Source: Rickettsiales bacterium
GTDB taxonomy: Bacteria > Pseudomonadota > Alphaproteobacteria > Rickettsiales > UBA1997
DNA: 64,000 nucleotides
Assembly: GCA_017620845.1 (NCBI GenBank)
Contig: JAGAUJ010000011.1
Location: 189-64,188 of the forward strand
Direction: 5' to 3'
A program made the translations under genes and the position numbers. Position 1 is the first letter of the stretch, and each line of letters begins with the position of its first letter. Below, piece by piece: positions 28,071 through 38,371 of this stretch. The notes under the pieces were generated by a model. That model was not told the origin of the DNA and ran no database searches. It was given only the letters and a program-made list of their open reading frames with translations.

Positions 28071-30956
28071 TTAATTTGACAACCAATCGTCGACTCTACT
28101 TAATTGTTCATAATCGCTATAATTATTTCTATTTGTAGCAATGTAACCATTATTTTCATTATTAAAGAAATTAAATAATCTATTTAATAATTTTTCAGTA
28201 TTTTCAATTAAAGTATTTATATTTGTTTTATTGTCATTAGGTATATTTACGATTTTACTATTTTTATGTTTTATTTGCCAATATTGTAAAGAGTTTATTA
28301 TATATCTATTTTGTTTACTTAAAATTAATGCTTCAATTAATAATTGTAATTCTTTACCATTAATAACATCGGTTTTTGAAGGACAAGTTCCAGTTTTATA
28401 ATCTATAATATCTACAACATTACTATTTTTATCAATTCTATCTACTCTTGCCTCAATATTCATATTACAATTTTTCATATAATATTCATTTTTTATTTCA
28501 CTTAATACATCAACATTGTTGCATCTTTGTTTTTCATCAACATCTAAAAAATATTGTAAAGCATCATCAAACTTATCTTTATAAAATTGTATCAAAACTT
28601 CATTATCTACAAATATTTTATTAATTTCTTCAACAAATATTTGTTTTAAAGTATCAAAATTATTATTTTTTGTATAATTTTTACTATAAATTTCAATTGC
28701 TTTATGTATTATAGTTCCAAGTGTAGATTGAATGTTTGTTTCTAATAAAATATTTAAAGGTTTTAGTTTTAAAATATATTTTGCATAAATGTCATATGGG
28801 TTCTTTTTTAAAACATTTATATTTGTTGCAGATAATTTTTTAGGCCTTACTGATAATTGTGGTTTTGGGTTTGGTTTTTGTTTATAAATATCACTATCTA
28901 TTTTTAAAATATTTATTTGTTTATAACTCTCAATAAAATCATCATAAATATTATTTAAGGTTATATCATTACATTTTAAAAATGTTTCAAGTCTTTGTAA
29001 AAATCTTGATTTAAAAGTTGCATTTCCAGCAAGTTTTGTTGATCTTGTTAATAAAACTTCTTTTTGTGATAGTAATTGTATAAAATCATACGCAGATTTT
29101 CCTATTTCAATTTCTTTTGCTGGTAAACCAAAACTTTTTCGCATTGATTTACTCATCCAAGGATCGGTGGCAATATTTACTGGAAAACTTCCATCATTTA
29201 AGTTTGTTATTACAACTAAATCATAATTTATTAGTCTTGATTCTTGTGCTGAAATTATATTTATTGCTGGGTAAGTAGAATAATTTTCACTGTAAGATTG
29301 TTCTGCTAAAATATAACTTAAAATAGCACAGTAATCTTTTAAATTAATATTATTATAACAATCCGTCTGTTGTATTAAGTCTTTATTAATAAAATCAAAT
29401 ATTTTTTGGTGTAAATCATTTGTATGCCAAATTAAATAATTATTGTCTTCAATATTTTTTGTAATGTTTTCGATAATATTTAAGTGTAAAATTATTAAAT
29501 CTTTTAGATTATAATTTTTATTATTATTAAAATCTGTAAAATAACTTTCTATTTTGTTTAAAAAATTTAACAGATTTTGTTTAATTTTCTCATCTTTTAT
29601 GTAGTAATCAATATTTTTTTTATATGAATTAAAACCATCGCAATTTTGTTTATTATCTAAAACGTATTTTTCAAAATCTAAAATATTTTTATTTAATTCT
29701 TCTTTTGTATAACCAAAATATGAAAATTCATTTTTTAATAAAGACAATAAATCTGTTTTATTAAAATTATTATTATAAACATCAATAATTAATAATAAAT
29801 ATTTTATTAATTTTGTATTAATAAACTTTTTACCGAAACTGTTATTTACTGGTAAATTCCATTGCTTTAAATATAGTTCTATTTTATCTGCCAAATCTAT
29901 ACTTGATATAATCGCTATATTTTTTAAACCGTTTGTATTAATGTAATTTAAAATATAATAAGTTATTAAATTAAATTCTTCGTAAATATCTTTACATTCA
30001 ATGTATTTTATATGTTCTAATTTATTTGCTTTTAAATCGTGCCATTTATAAGTCAAATCATATGGTAACATTGATAAATGTAGTGTTTCCAATATTTTAT
30101 CATCTACAATTTTATATTCATTATATTTTAAGTCCTGTATTTTTTTTGTATCTATTTTTAATTCTTTAATAATTTGTGTAAAATAGTAATTGTTATTAAT
30201 TTCATCTACTTTTTCTATGTTATATTTATCTTTTATATCTTCATAATCTTTAAAAATAAAATAAGTATTATCATATTTTGATAATGTTTTTATTAGATTT
30301 AAAGTAGATTTTATAGATACAAAATTTCCTGCAACAATTATTGGATTTTTTGGTGTTTCCGCTTCAAAATTTTTTGTGTATAATTCTATCTTTTTTATAA
30401 TATTTGTATTACTGGAAACTATATTATTATCTTGTAAAAACTTATTCCATTTTTTGCCAAAATCCTTTAAAAAAACTAATATTTTTTGCCAATGTATAGC
30501 ATATTCATCATCAACAATACTATTTAAGTTATCTAAATCTAAATCTTGTCTTTCTACTTCTATTAAAAAAGTGTTTAATTCTTTTGATAGTTTTATTGAT
30601 TGTTCTATGTTTATATTTTCTTGTGTCTCTAAAATTGTTTTTATTAGTAATAATTTGTATTTTATGTTTGATATTGGTTTAGTTAATTCGCTGTAATTTG
30701 TTAAAGAATCATAATCAAGTCCATTTAGGACAATATCATCATAATCAATATCACCAATTGCTTTTAAGGTTGGTAAGAAAAGTGATTGATTTTGACTATT
30801 TTTTAAAAAAATTCTTTTTAATTCATTTACTGATCTTCTACTGGGTAAGAATACTGTTAAGTTTGACACATCTAAATTGTTGCTAAAATTATCTAATATA
30901 AATTTGTATAAACTTTCTAAAAAGTTGTAATTTGCTGGAATATTTAAAAACTTCAT
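28071..30956 (-). CDS. addB: AddB-type double-strand break repair nuclease (PD-(D/E)XK C-terminal domain)
   Basis: 961 aa. The C-terminal motif is ARVDRIDK...VDIIDYKTG. Its size and degenerate N-terminal helicase-like region fit alphaproteobacterial AddB. Confidence 0.65.
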   Translation of the reverse strand: MKFLNIPANYNFLESLYKFILDNFSNNLDVSNLTVFLPSRRSVNELKRIFLKNSQNQSLFLPTLKAIGDIDYDDIVLNGLDYDSLTNYSELTKPISNIKYKLLLIKTILETQENINIEQSIKLSKELNTFLIEVERQDLDLDNLNSIVDDEYAIHWQKILVFLKDFGKKWNKFLQDNNIVSSNTNIIKKIELYTKNFEAETPKNPIIVAGNFVSIKSTLNLIKTLSKYDNTYFIFKDYEDIKDKYNIEKVDEINNNYYFTQIIKELKIDTKKIQDLKYNEYKIVDDKILETLHLSMLPYDLTYKWHDLKANKLEHIKYIECKDIYEEFNLITYYILNYINTNGLKNIAIISSIDLADKIELYLKQWNLPVNNSFGKKFINTKLIKYLLLIIDVYNNNFNKTDLLSLLKNEFSYFGYTKEELNKNILDFEKYVLDNKQNCDGFNSYKKNIDYYIKDEKIKQNLLNFLNKIESYFTDFNNNKNYNLKDLIILHLNIIENITKNIEDNNYLIWHTNDLHQKIFDFINKDLIQQTDCYNNINLKDYCAILSYILAEQSYSENYSTYPAINIISAQESRLINYDLVVITNLNDGSFPVNIATDPWMSKSMRKSFGLPAKEIEIGKSAYDFIQLLSQKEVLLTRSTKLAGNATFKSRFLQRLETFLKCNDITLNNIYDDFIESYKQINILKIDSDIYKQKPNPKPQLSVRPKKLSATNINVLKKNPYDIYAKYILKLKPLNILLETNIQSTLGTIIHKAIEIYSKNYTKNNNFDTLKQIFVEEINKIFVDNEVLIQFYKDKFDDALQYFLDVDEKQRCNNVDVLSEIKNEYYMKNCNMNIEARVDRIDKNSNVVDIIDYKTGTCPSKTDVINGKELQLLIEALILSKQNRYIINSLQYWQIKHKNSKIVNIPNDNKTNINTLIENTEKLLNRLFNFFNNENNGYIATNRNNYSDYEQLSRVDDWLSN

Positions 30957-31024
30957 CTTTATTTGTGTTATATATTTAAAAGTAATAATAATACTATTTT
31001 TTATTTATGGAAGAAATTTTTATA

Positions 31025-31753
31025 TTATAAAAAATTATTTCCCAAATAAACTTCTTTAACTTTATCATTATTTAAAATATCATCTTTATTTCCAGATATT
31101 AAAATTTTTCCATCATAAACTATATATGCTTTATCAACTATTGCCAAAGTTTCTCTAACATTATGATCTGTTATTAATACGCCAATACCTTTTTCTTTTA
31201 ATTTTTTTATTATATTCATAATATCATTAACTGCTATTGGATCAATACCGGCAAATGGTTCATCTAAAAGTATAAAAGATGGATTTGATGCAAGTGCTCT
31301 TGCGATTTCAACTCTTCTTCTTTCGCCACCAGATAAGGCAGAACCTATTGATTTTCTTATATGTGTTATTGAAAAATCTTCAAGTAATTCTTTTAATTTT
31401 CTAATTCTTTCTTTTTTATTTTTTTCAATAATTTCTAAAATTGAATATATATTATTTTCAACACTCATATTTCTAAAAATAGACGCTTCTTGTGGTAAAT
31501 AACCTATGCCAATTTTTGCTCTATCATGCATTGGAAAATGCGTTATATCATTACCATTTAAGATAATTTTTCCATTATCGGGTTTTACGAGGCCAACTAT
31601 CATATAAAAAGATGTTGTTTTTCCTGCTCCATTTGGTCCCAAAAGCCCAACAACTTCCCCACTTTTTATTTCTAAACTAATGTCTTTTATAACTAATCTA
31701 TCTTTGTAACTTTTTTGCAAATGCTCTACTTTCAGTATACTATTATTTATCAT
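31025..31753 (-). CDS. lptB: LPS export ABC transporter ATP-binding protein LptB
   Basis: 242 aa with Walker [10 protein letters not shown], the signature [15 protein letters not shown], Walker B ILLDEP and the LptB-type tail [10 protein letters not shown]. Confidence 0.9.
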   Translation of the reverse strand: MINNSILKVEHLQKSYKDRLVIKDISLEIKSGEVVGLLGPNGAGKTTSFYMIVGLVKPDNGKIILNGNDITHFPMHDRAKIGIGYLPQEASIFRNMSVENNIYSILEIIEKNKKERIRKLKELLEDFSITHIRKSIGSALSGGERRRVEIARALASNPSFILLDEPFAGIDPIAVNDIMNIIKKLKEKGIGVLITDHNVRETLAIVDKAYIVYDGKILISGNKDDILNNDKVKEVYLGNNFL

Positions 31754-32263
31754 ATCTATCCTTTAAGTCATTAATATCATCAAGTATAATTGTAATTCTT
31801 TCTTTTTTTGGGTTATCTTCACTTTCATTACTGCCAAAAATATTTGTTTCTTCTGTTATTGTGTTGTATGTCATTTTTTGCCAAATACAACAGCATCATC
31901 TTCATTCATTATTATATTATCTTCAAGTGTTATTAGATTATTATTTACTTCATAATTACCCTTGTCTCCTCTAACTGTTATATTCTCATTTTTTAAAACA
32001 ACATTTCCATATAGTTTTATATTTTTTATTTCTGTATTATTATTTTGATTTATTTTGTATTTGACTACCATTTTATTTGCAAACATATTTAAGTTGTCTT
32101 GTTTTGCTTCAACTTTCCCAGTAAAAGTTATTAAGTTTTTATTTCTTTTTATTAATATTTCATTTGATTGGATTTTTATGGGGCTATTAAAGTTATTTTC
32201 TAACTCTTTTGCATTGCTTTTGTTGATAATTAAAATAAGACACAATAATATAATTTTAAACAT
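31743..32263 (-). pseudogene. lptA: LptA (OstA-like periplasmic LPS transport protein) interrupted by a frameshift at an A6 run
   Basis: ORF 31871-32263 (130 aa: signal peptide plus OstA_N-like repeats) stops at TGA right after GGC AAA AAA. A 43-codon ORF in the -1 frame (31874-31743, MTYNTITEET..KKERITIILDD..) continues to the lptB start. One extra A would give a ~173-aa LptA of normal length. Confidence 0.6.
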
Positions 32264-33413
32264 TTAATAATTCCTCAATTTTATTAACTATTTTTATTGC
32301 AGATGAATTATTATTGTGGTAACCTAATATTTTTAATGTTTCAATATTTTGTTTTACTTGGTTAATTCTTAATTTTTCATTATCCATTAATTTCACTATT
32401 TCATTAAAAATATTTTCTTCATTACAATTTTGTAATAAACACTCTGGAATAATTTGTTTATTGTTTATAATATTTATTATTGTTGCAAATTTTTTGTCTG
32501 CTTTTTTTTGAATATGTTTTGCTATAATATTTGTTAAAAAATTAAACTTATACATTACAACCATAGGTATTGAGAAGCCTGCCAATTCAAGTGTATTTGT
32601 TCCAGATTTTGCTATTGCTAAAACAGATTTTTTTATAATATTATTTTTTTCTTCGTTGTTTTTTATTATATTAATGTAATTTATATTTTGTTTATTTAAG
32701 ATTTCTTTAATTGTATGGTATGTATATTCAGTTGCCAATATATTATAGTCAAATTTATATTTACTGTTTAATTTACGTATAATGTTAATAACTATTGGTA
32801 ATAATCTTTTTACTTCGCCAATTCTACTACCAACTGTTATAGACATTATTTTACTGTCTTTGTTATATGTATTTTCTTTTAAATTAAAATTATATTCTGT
32901 TGAATTTGTGTCAAAAATTGGATGCCCTACAAATATGGTTTTTAAGCCATATTTTTCAAAATATGGTGGCTCAAATGGTAAAATGCAGAATAATAAATCA
33001 TATATTTTTGCTATTTTTTGTGCTCTGTTTTTTCTATAAGCCCAAACACTTGGGGCTATGAAATGAATTTTTTTAATTTTGTTGTTAGTATCATACTTTT
33101 TTACAAGTTTCATTACTCTAAAACAAAAATCTGGCGAATCTATTGTTAATACAATATCTGGTTGTAAGTCAATTATATATTTTGCAGTCTCTCTAATTCT
33201 TTTTAATAAATTAAATATTTTTGGTAAAATTTCAAAAATGCCCATAACTGATAATTCTTCCATTGGGAAAATACTATTTAAACCTTCCTCTTTCATCAAT
33301 TGTCCACCAATGCCGTAAATATCAAAGGTGTCTTTATCTATTTTTGATAGTATTTTTGAACCAAGTAGGTCACCAGATTTCTCTCCTGCAATTATAAATA
33401 TTTTTTTTTTCAT
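32256..33413 (-). CDS. lpxB: Lipid-A-disaccharide synthase
   Basis: 385 aa with the IFIIAGEKSGDLLGSKI N-terminal motif. It is collinear with LpxB, and its stop overlaps the lptA start by 8 nt. Confidence 0.9.
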   Translation of the reverse strand: MKKKIFIIAGEKSGDLLGSKILSKIDKDTFDIYGIGGQLMKEEGLNSIFPMEELSVMGIFEILPKIFNLLKRIRETAKYIIDLQPDIVLTIDSPDFCFRVMKLVKKYDTNNKIKKIHFIAPSVWAYRKNRAQKIAKIYDLLFCILPFEPPYFEKYGLKTIFVGHPIFDTNSTEYNFNLKENTYNKDSKIMSITVGSRIGEVKRLLPIVINIIRKLNSKYKFDYNILATEYTYHTIKEILNKQNINYINIIKNNEEKNNIIKKSVLAIAKSGTNTLELAGFSIPMVVMYKFNFLTNIIAKHIQKKADKKFATIINIINNKQIIPECLLQNCNEENIFNEIVKLMDNEKLRINQVKQNIETLKILGYHNNNSSAIKIVNKIEELLNV

Positions 33414-33493
33414 AACGTGTAAAGTATGTGCTATTTGTATGATATTTGTATTTTATTAAAATTCAATATGTTAATATTTTTGATTGTTTCGTG

Positions 33494-34141
33494 TTAACAA
33501 TAATTCCATTCGCTTAAAAATTGCTCCTTAAACTGTCTTATAAACTCAATTCTTGATCTTGCAATTTCCTTACCAGTTCCAGTCAATAAATATTTATCCA
33601 ATTGCAATAGTTTTTCATCAAAGTGATTTAATGATGTTGTTATTCTACCTTTTCTTTTATATTCCTCCTGTGTTAAATTTATTTCTGGTAATATTTCTGG
33701 ATCGTAAATTTTATTATTAACCTTGGAACCAAAAGCAAACGTTCTTGCTATACCTATTGCACCAAGTGAATCAATCTTATCTGCATCAGAAACAATTGCC
33801 AGTTCTTTTGTTATATTTATTTCACTTAATAGCATTTTTGAAAATGACATATTGTTCATTATATATAATATCTCTTCTTTTGTTTGTTTATCTATATTTA
33901 GCGAATTAAAAAAATCATTAAATTTTTGACAATTAACATTTAAAGAGTCTTGTATTTTATCATCAATAACATCGTGTAATAATGATGCTATGTTAATAAT
34001 AAACATATTTCCACCTTCTGTTTGTGAAATTTTATTTGCGATATTTTTAACTCTAATTGCATGGTAATAATCATGTCCTGTAAATTCATTTTTAAGAATA
34101 GATTTTACATATTCTTGTGTTTTTATAATTATTTCTTGCAT
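33494..34141 (-). CDS. HD-domain phosphohydrolase
   Basis: 215 aa with GHDYYHAIRV ... LLHDVIDDK (H..HD..D metal motif). Confidence 0.8.
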   Translation of the reverse strand: MQEIIIKTQEYVKSILKNEFTGHDYYHAIRVKNIANKISQTEGGNMFIINIASLLHDVIDDKIQDSLNVNCQKFNDFFNSLNIDKQTKEEILYIMNNMSFSKMLLSEINITKELAIVSDADKIDSLGAIGIARTFAFGSKVNNKIYDPEILPEINLTQEEYKRKGRITTSLNHFDEKLLQLDKYLLTGTGKEIARSRIEFIRQFKEQFLSEWNYC

Positions 34142-34252
34142 TTTATCTGTGTTTATTAATTAATAAAATGAGTGGTTTATATATTTTAAATATATACATT
34201 TATACTAAAATACAATAAACTTATTTGTTTTAAATTATGTTTAGTATTTTAT

Positions 34253-35152
34253 TTACTCAAATTTTTCATCTATCCATTTATCTTGTGTTTTTACAAAAAT
34301 ATACAAATGAACCTTTCTACCAAAAAACTTCTCTATTTCTTCTCTTGCTTGAATATTTATTTTTTTTAACATTGAACCATTTTTGCCAATAACTATTGAT
34401 TTTTGACTTTCTTTTAAGACTCTTATAACTTGTTGTATTTTTATATCGCCATTATCAAAATCTTCCCATTTTTCAGTTATGACATCAACAGAGTATGGTA
34501 AATCCTCTCTTAAATTTAAAAATAATCTTTCTCTTGTTATTTCGGAAGCAATAAATTTCATAGGAGCATCAGTTATATCATCTTCTTCAAATAACCAAGA
34601 TCTTTCTGGTGCTATTTCTATTAAATAATCTTTTAATTTTTCTAAATTGTCACCAGTTACTGCCGAAACCATAAATAATTGCTTATAATCTGGATAAAGA
34701 TCATTTAGTTGTCTTGCCATTTCAAGTAGTTTAATTTTTTCAACCAAATCCACCTTATTTAATATAAAAATAAAATCTTCTTGCTTTTTTTGTATATCAC
34801 TTATTATTGTTTTTACTCTTTCACTTATTCCTTCTGTGCTATCTATTATTATACATACAACATCTGCTTCTTGTATACCATTCCAAGCATTTTTTACTAT
34901 TTTTCTTTCTAATAATTTATCTTTTTTAGGAATAAAAAGTCCAGGTGTATCTATTATTATCAACTGCGTATTATCACTAACAAAAACACCCCTTATTATA
35001 TCTCTTGTTGTTTGAATTTTTGGTGTAATAATCGAGATTTTTTCACCAACAATGGCATTTGTTAGGCTTGATTTTCCAGCATTTGGTAAGCCAGCAAAAG
35101 CCACTTTTAAACACTTTTGTATTTTATTGTGATTTATATTTGTATCAAACAT
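34253..35152 (-). CDS. era: GTPase Era
   Basis: 299 aa with G1 GLPNAGKSSL, G3 DTPG, G4 NKVD and a C-terminal KH domain. The ATG lies 2 nt after the pilT stop. Confidence 0.95.
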   Translation of the reverse strand: MFDTNINHNKIQKCLKVAFAGLPNAGKSSLTNAIVGEKISIITPKIQTTRDIIRGVFVSDNTQLIIIDTPGLFIPKKDKLLERKIVKNAWNGIQEADVVCIIIDSTEGISERVKTIISDIQKKQEDFIFILNKVDLVEKIKLLEMARQLNDLYPDYKQLFMVSAVTGDNLEKLKDYLIEIAPERSWLFEEDDITDAPMKFIASEITRERLFLNLREDLPYSVDVITEKWEDFDNGDIKIQQVIRVLKESQKSIVIGKNGSMLKKINIQAREEIEKFFGRKVHLYIFVKTQDKWIDEKFE

Positions 35153-35154
35153 AT

Positions 35155-36228
35155 TTAACTATCCTTACTTTCATTTAAATTAATTAAATTATTATCCATT
35201 TCTTCTTTGGAGATTATTCCATTATTATATAAGTTTTCAATTGATGTTTTCATATCAATCATACCATATTTTGAGCCCATTTGAATCATTGAGTCTATAT
35301 TTGATATTTTATTTTCTCTTATTAAATTTCTTATAGAATTTACACCAAGCATAACTTCAAAAGCAGGAACTCTTTTTTGTCCATCAACAGTTTTTATTAA
35401 TTTTTGTAGAATAACTGCTTGTATAGATGTTGAAAGCATTGATTTTATTAATTCTTTTTCAGCAGAATCACAACTGTCTACTATTCTATCTATTGATTTT
35501 GATGCTGTTTGTGTATGCATTGTTGTAAATACTAAATGTCCAGTTTCTGCTGCATTTAAACATTCTTTTATAGATTCTGCATCCCTTATTTCTCCTATTA
35601 GTATAATGTCTGGATCTTCTCTTAAAGCCGATTTTATACCCATACTAAAACTCTTTGCATCATTTCCAACTTCTCTTTGGTCTATTAAGCAATTTTTATT
35701 TGTGTGTATAAATTCTATTGGATCTTCAAGTGTTATTATATGTTTTTTATGATTTGTATTTATATAATCAATTATTGAGTTTAATGTTGTGCTTTTACCA
35801 GAACCAGTTGGGCCAGAAATTATAACAAGTCCTTTCTGTAAATTTGCAATTTTTTTTAAGACTTCCGGAGCACCTAATTTATCAAGTGGTGTTATATCGC
35901 TGTTAATGGTTCGCAGGGCTAAACTTACGCCATTTGTTGTTTTGTATAAATTGGCTCTATATCTTGTTTTATTGGTTGCACTAAAACCAAAATCTGCTTG
36001 CATATTTTCCATAAATTCTGTTTTTATTCTGTTATTTAATACTGTTTGCAAGTTATTAATTATGTCATCAGAAGATAATTCTTTACTATTCTCTAAAACA
36101 ACGATGTCACCATTTATTCTACAATATATTTTATGATCTGATTTTATATGTATATCTGAAACATTTTTTTCTTTTAATTCCAGTAATAAGTTATTTAAAT
36201 AACTTTCTTTTGATAAAAATGCTACCAT
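35155..36228 (-). CDS. pilT: Type IV pilus retraction ATPase PilT
   Basis: 357 aa with Walker A GPTGSGKSTT, the Asp box/Walker B DPDIILIGEIRD, the His box TGHLVFTTMHT and the PilT-specific AFEVMLGVNSIRNLIRE. Confidence 0.9.
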   Translation of the reverse strand: MVAFLSKESYLNNLLLELKEKNVSDIHIKSDHKIYCRINGDIVVLENSKELSSDDIINNLQTVLNNRIKTEFMENMQADFGFSATNKTRYRANLYKTTNGVSLALRTINSDITPLDKLGAPEVLKKIANLQKGLVIISGPTGSGKSTTLNSIIDYINTNHKKHIITLEDPIEFIHTNKNCLIDQREVGNDAKSFSMGIKSALREDPDIILIGEIRDAESIKECLNAAETGHLVFTTMHTQTASKSIDRIVDSCDSAEKELIKSMLSTSIQAVILQKLIKTVDGQKRVPAFEVMLGVNSIRNLIRENKISNIDSMIQMGSKYGMIDMKTSIENLYNNGIISKEEMDNNLINLNESKDS

Positions 36229-37589
36229 TATAAATACCTTTTTATTTTTTTGATTCTTTCATCTATTTTAGTAAATGAAATTGAATTTACATTATTACTT
36301 TTGGCTCTTTCATAAACATTTTTATACATTCTGTATGCTTTATCATATTGTTTTGTAATATCATACAAAACCGCTAAATTGTATTTATATTCAATATTAT
36401 CATCATCTAAATATATTGCTTTAAGTATATATTGTATTGCATCTTGGTATCTTTCAACTGTTGAAAATGCAACACTTGTTTGTGCTTGTATAACTGCTGA
36501 ATTATTGTATTTTTTTGCTAATGATGGTAGTAAGTAAATTGCTTCATAAGGACTTTCTTGTATTATTATTGACAATAAATTAGAAATTAACTGTTCGCTA
36601 TTTGGGAATACTGGTAATAGTTCTATATATAAAGGTTTTGCTTGTGTATATTGTCCTAATATATGGTAAGTTGTTGCTAAGGATAATTTAACAAAATTAT
36701 CTTTTTTATTTATATCCAAAATTTCTTTATATAACTTTATTGCTATTTCATATTCCTTTAAATTTATTGCTTCAAAAGCCTTGTCTTTTAAAGATGCTAT
36801 TTTGTTATCTTTTTCAGTTTCTTTAACGTCTAATTCTACTTTTTTACTTGTTCTTGTGGTTATGTTTAATTTATTATCTGTTTTAACTTCTGTTAAGTCT
36901 TCTTTTGACCAACTACCTTTTCTAATTTCAATTTTTTTGTTGTTTTGTCTTTGTTTACCAGATGTATTATACATTAAATTTTGTTCAATTTTGTTGATTA
37001 AATTTAAATTATTGCTTGATGTGGTATAATTTGAACTTTTAACTACTTTTGATAATTGTTTTTTTTCAACTTCATTAATATTTATATATTCAATATTATT
37101 GCTTATTTCTTTTGTTTTATTATTATTTTTGATATTTTGTTTATTCTCTTTCTCATTTGTTTTTGGTGTTTCTTTTTCATTTTTTGATAGTATAAATTCT
37201 TTTTGTTTCTCTTCTTGTTTATTTTCATCTATTTTACTTTTTTCAAATGTTTTATTTGTAATAACTATTTTTTCTTTTTCTTTTGTGTTTTCTTGTTTTT
37301 TGTTATTTGTTTGCAATTCATAATTTATATTCTGTTTTTTATTGTTTGGTGTGTTTGTTGTAACTTTGGTTGTTTTATTTCCAGAAAACTCATAATTTGT
37401 ATCTTTATTTGAATTGTTTTTTTGTAGAACATAATTGGTATTGTTGTTTTGTTTTGTGTTTATAACAGTTACTGAACCATCATTTTCAATTTTTATTTCT
37501 GGTTTTTCTATTGGAACCAAAACATTTTTTGCTTGCACCAATGGTATAAGTATAATAAAGCATATAAATATCGTTTTTAGTATTTTCAC
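36228..37589 (-). CDS. Secreted protein with a low-complexity K/N/E/T-rich region and C-terminal TPR repeats
   Basis: 453 aa with a signal peptide and ~250 aa of low complexity. The C-terminal TPR-like units include AFEAINLKEYEIAIKLYKEIL and YQDAIQYILKAIYL. The stop TAA shares 1 nt with the pilT ATG (TAATG). Confidence 0.55.
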   Translation of the reverse strand: MKILKTIFICFIILIPLVQAKNVLVPIEKPEIKIENDGSVTVINTKQNNNTNYVLQKNNSNKDTNYEFSGNKTTKVTTNTPNNKKQNINYELQTNNKKQENTKEKEKIVITNKTFEKSKIDENKQEEKQKEFILSKNEKETPKTNEKENKQNIKNNNKTKEISNNIEYININEVEKKQLSKVVKSSNYTTSSNNLNLINKIEQNLMYNTSGKQRQNNKKIEIRKGSWSKEDLTEVKTDNKLNITTRTSKKVELDVKETEKDNKIASLKDKAFEAINLKEYEIAIKLYKEILDINKKDNFVKLSLATTYHILGQYTQAKPLYIELLPVFPNSEQLISNLLSIIIQESPYEAIYLLPSLAKKYNNSAVIQAQTSVAFSTVERYQDAIQYILKAIYLDDDNIEYKYNLAVLYDITKQYDKAYRMYKNVYERAKSNNVNSISFTKIDERIKKIKRYL

Positions 37590-37743
37590 GTTAAAATATT
37601 AAAACATTTGGCATTAATGATAGAATAAAAATTTTTTATTTCAATAATTAATTTAAATAATTATTTTGTTAATTTTGTGATTTAGTAACTTTTGCATCAT
37701 TTATTAATATTTATCAACTTTATAATGTGATAAATTTTTCTAT

Positions 37744-37772
37744 TTGACTTTTAAAAAATATTTTTTTATTAT
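37744..37772 (+). promoter_or_regulatory. Sigma70-like promoter upstream of the rho leader ORF
   Basis: TTGACT (37744-37749), a 17-nt spacer, then TATTAT (37767-37772). Confidence 0.5.
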
Positions 37773-37846
37773 TATCAGTGAATGACAAATGATTAATAAA
37801 ATCTATATAAAAATCTTATTTAATTACTTCAAAAATATACAAAAAT

Positions 37847-38335
37847 ATGACGAGTATGGATAATTATAATCTTGACACACAAGATGTTAGTGTTGCCAAG
37901 AATAATGCTAATAATAGCACAATTAATAATGTTGAAACTGGTATAAAAACAAGAAAAAAACCAAGAAAACAATTAACTATTTCTAAAAACAATAACAATG
38001 ATAGTGGCAAAAATGTTAATAATAGTGTTAATAACACAAATATTGGTGATGGTTTAGACAATAAAAATATTATTGTTGAGAATACTGATTCTGGTATAGT
38101 GGGTGCTCAAAATACATCAATGATTGAAAGAGAAGATTTTAGTATTATTGAAAAAGATAATCACAATACAATGCCACTAAAACAAGAGCAAGTAAATACA
38201 AATGTTTTAGAAATAAAGAAAAATGAGGTTAACTTTATATTAAAAGATGATGACAAAAAAGATAATATAGAGAATTGTGAAATTATTGAAGATAATAGTT
38301 TAAAAGAAGAGAAAAAAATTGAAGAAAAAAAATAA
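37847..38335 (+). CDS. Asn/Lys/Glu-rich low-complexity ORF immediately upstream of, and in frame with, rho
   Basis: It has 162 codons and no recognisable domain. It ends at TAA 38333-38335, 36 nt before the rho TTG start and in the same frame. Confidence 0.35.
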   Translation: MTSMDNYNLDTQDVSVAKNNANNSTINNVETGIKTRKKPRKQLTISKNNNNDSGKNVNNSVNNTNIGDGLDNKNIIVENTDSGIVGAQNTSMIEREDFSIIEKDNHNTMPLKQEQVNTNVLEIKKNEVNFILKDDDKKDNIENCEIIEDNSLKEEKKIEEKK

Positions 38336-38371
38336 GAAAAAAAAATAATTTACCCAAAAGAATCAATAGAA

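Noticed and set aside
37099-37412. Phe/Cys/Leu-rich ORFs (74 and 69 aa) on the plus strand.
   Set aside because: They are antisense to the K/E/N-rich low-complexity region of the TPR protein gene. The poly-purine sense strand gives poly-pyrimidine (F/L/S/C) antisense codons.
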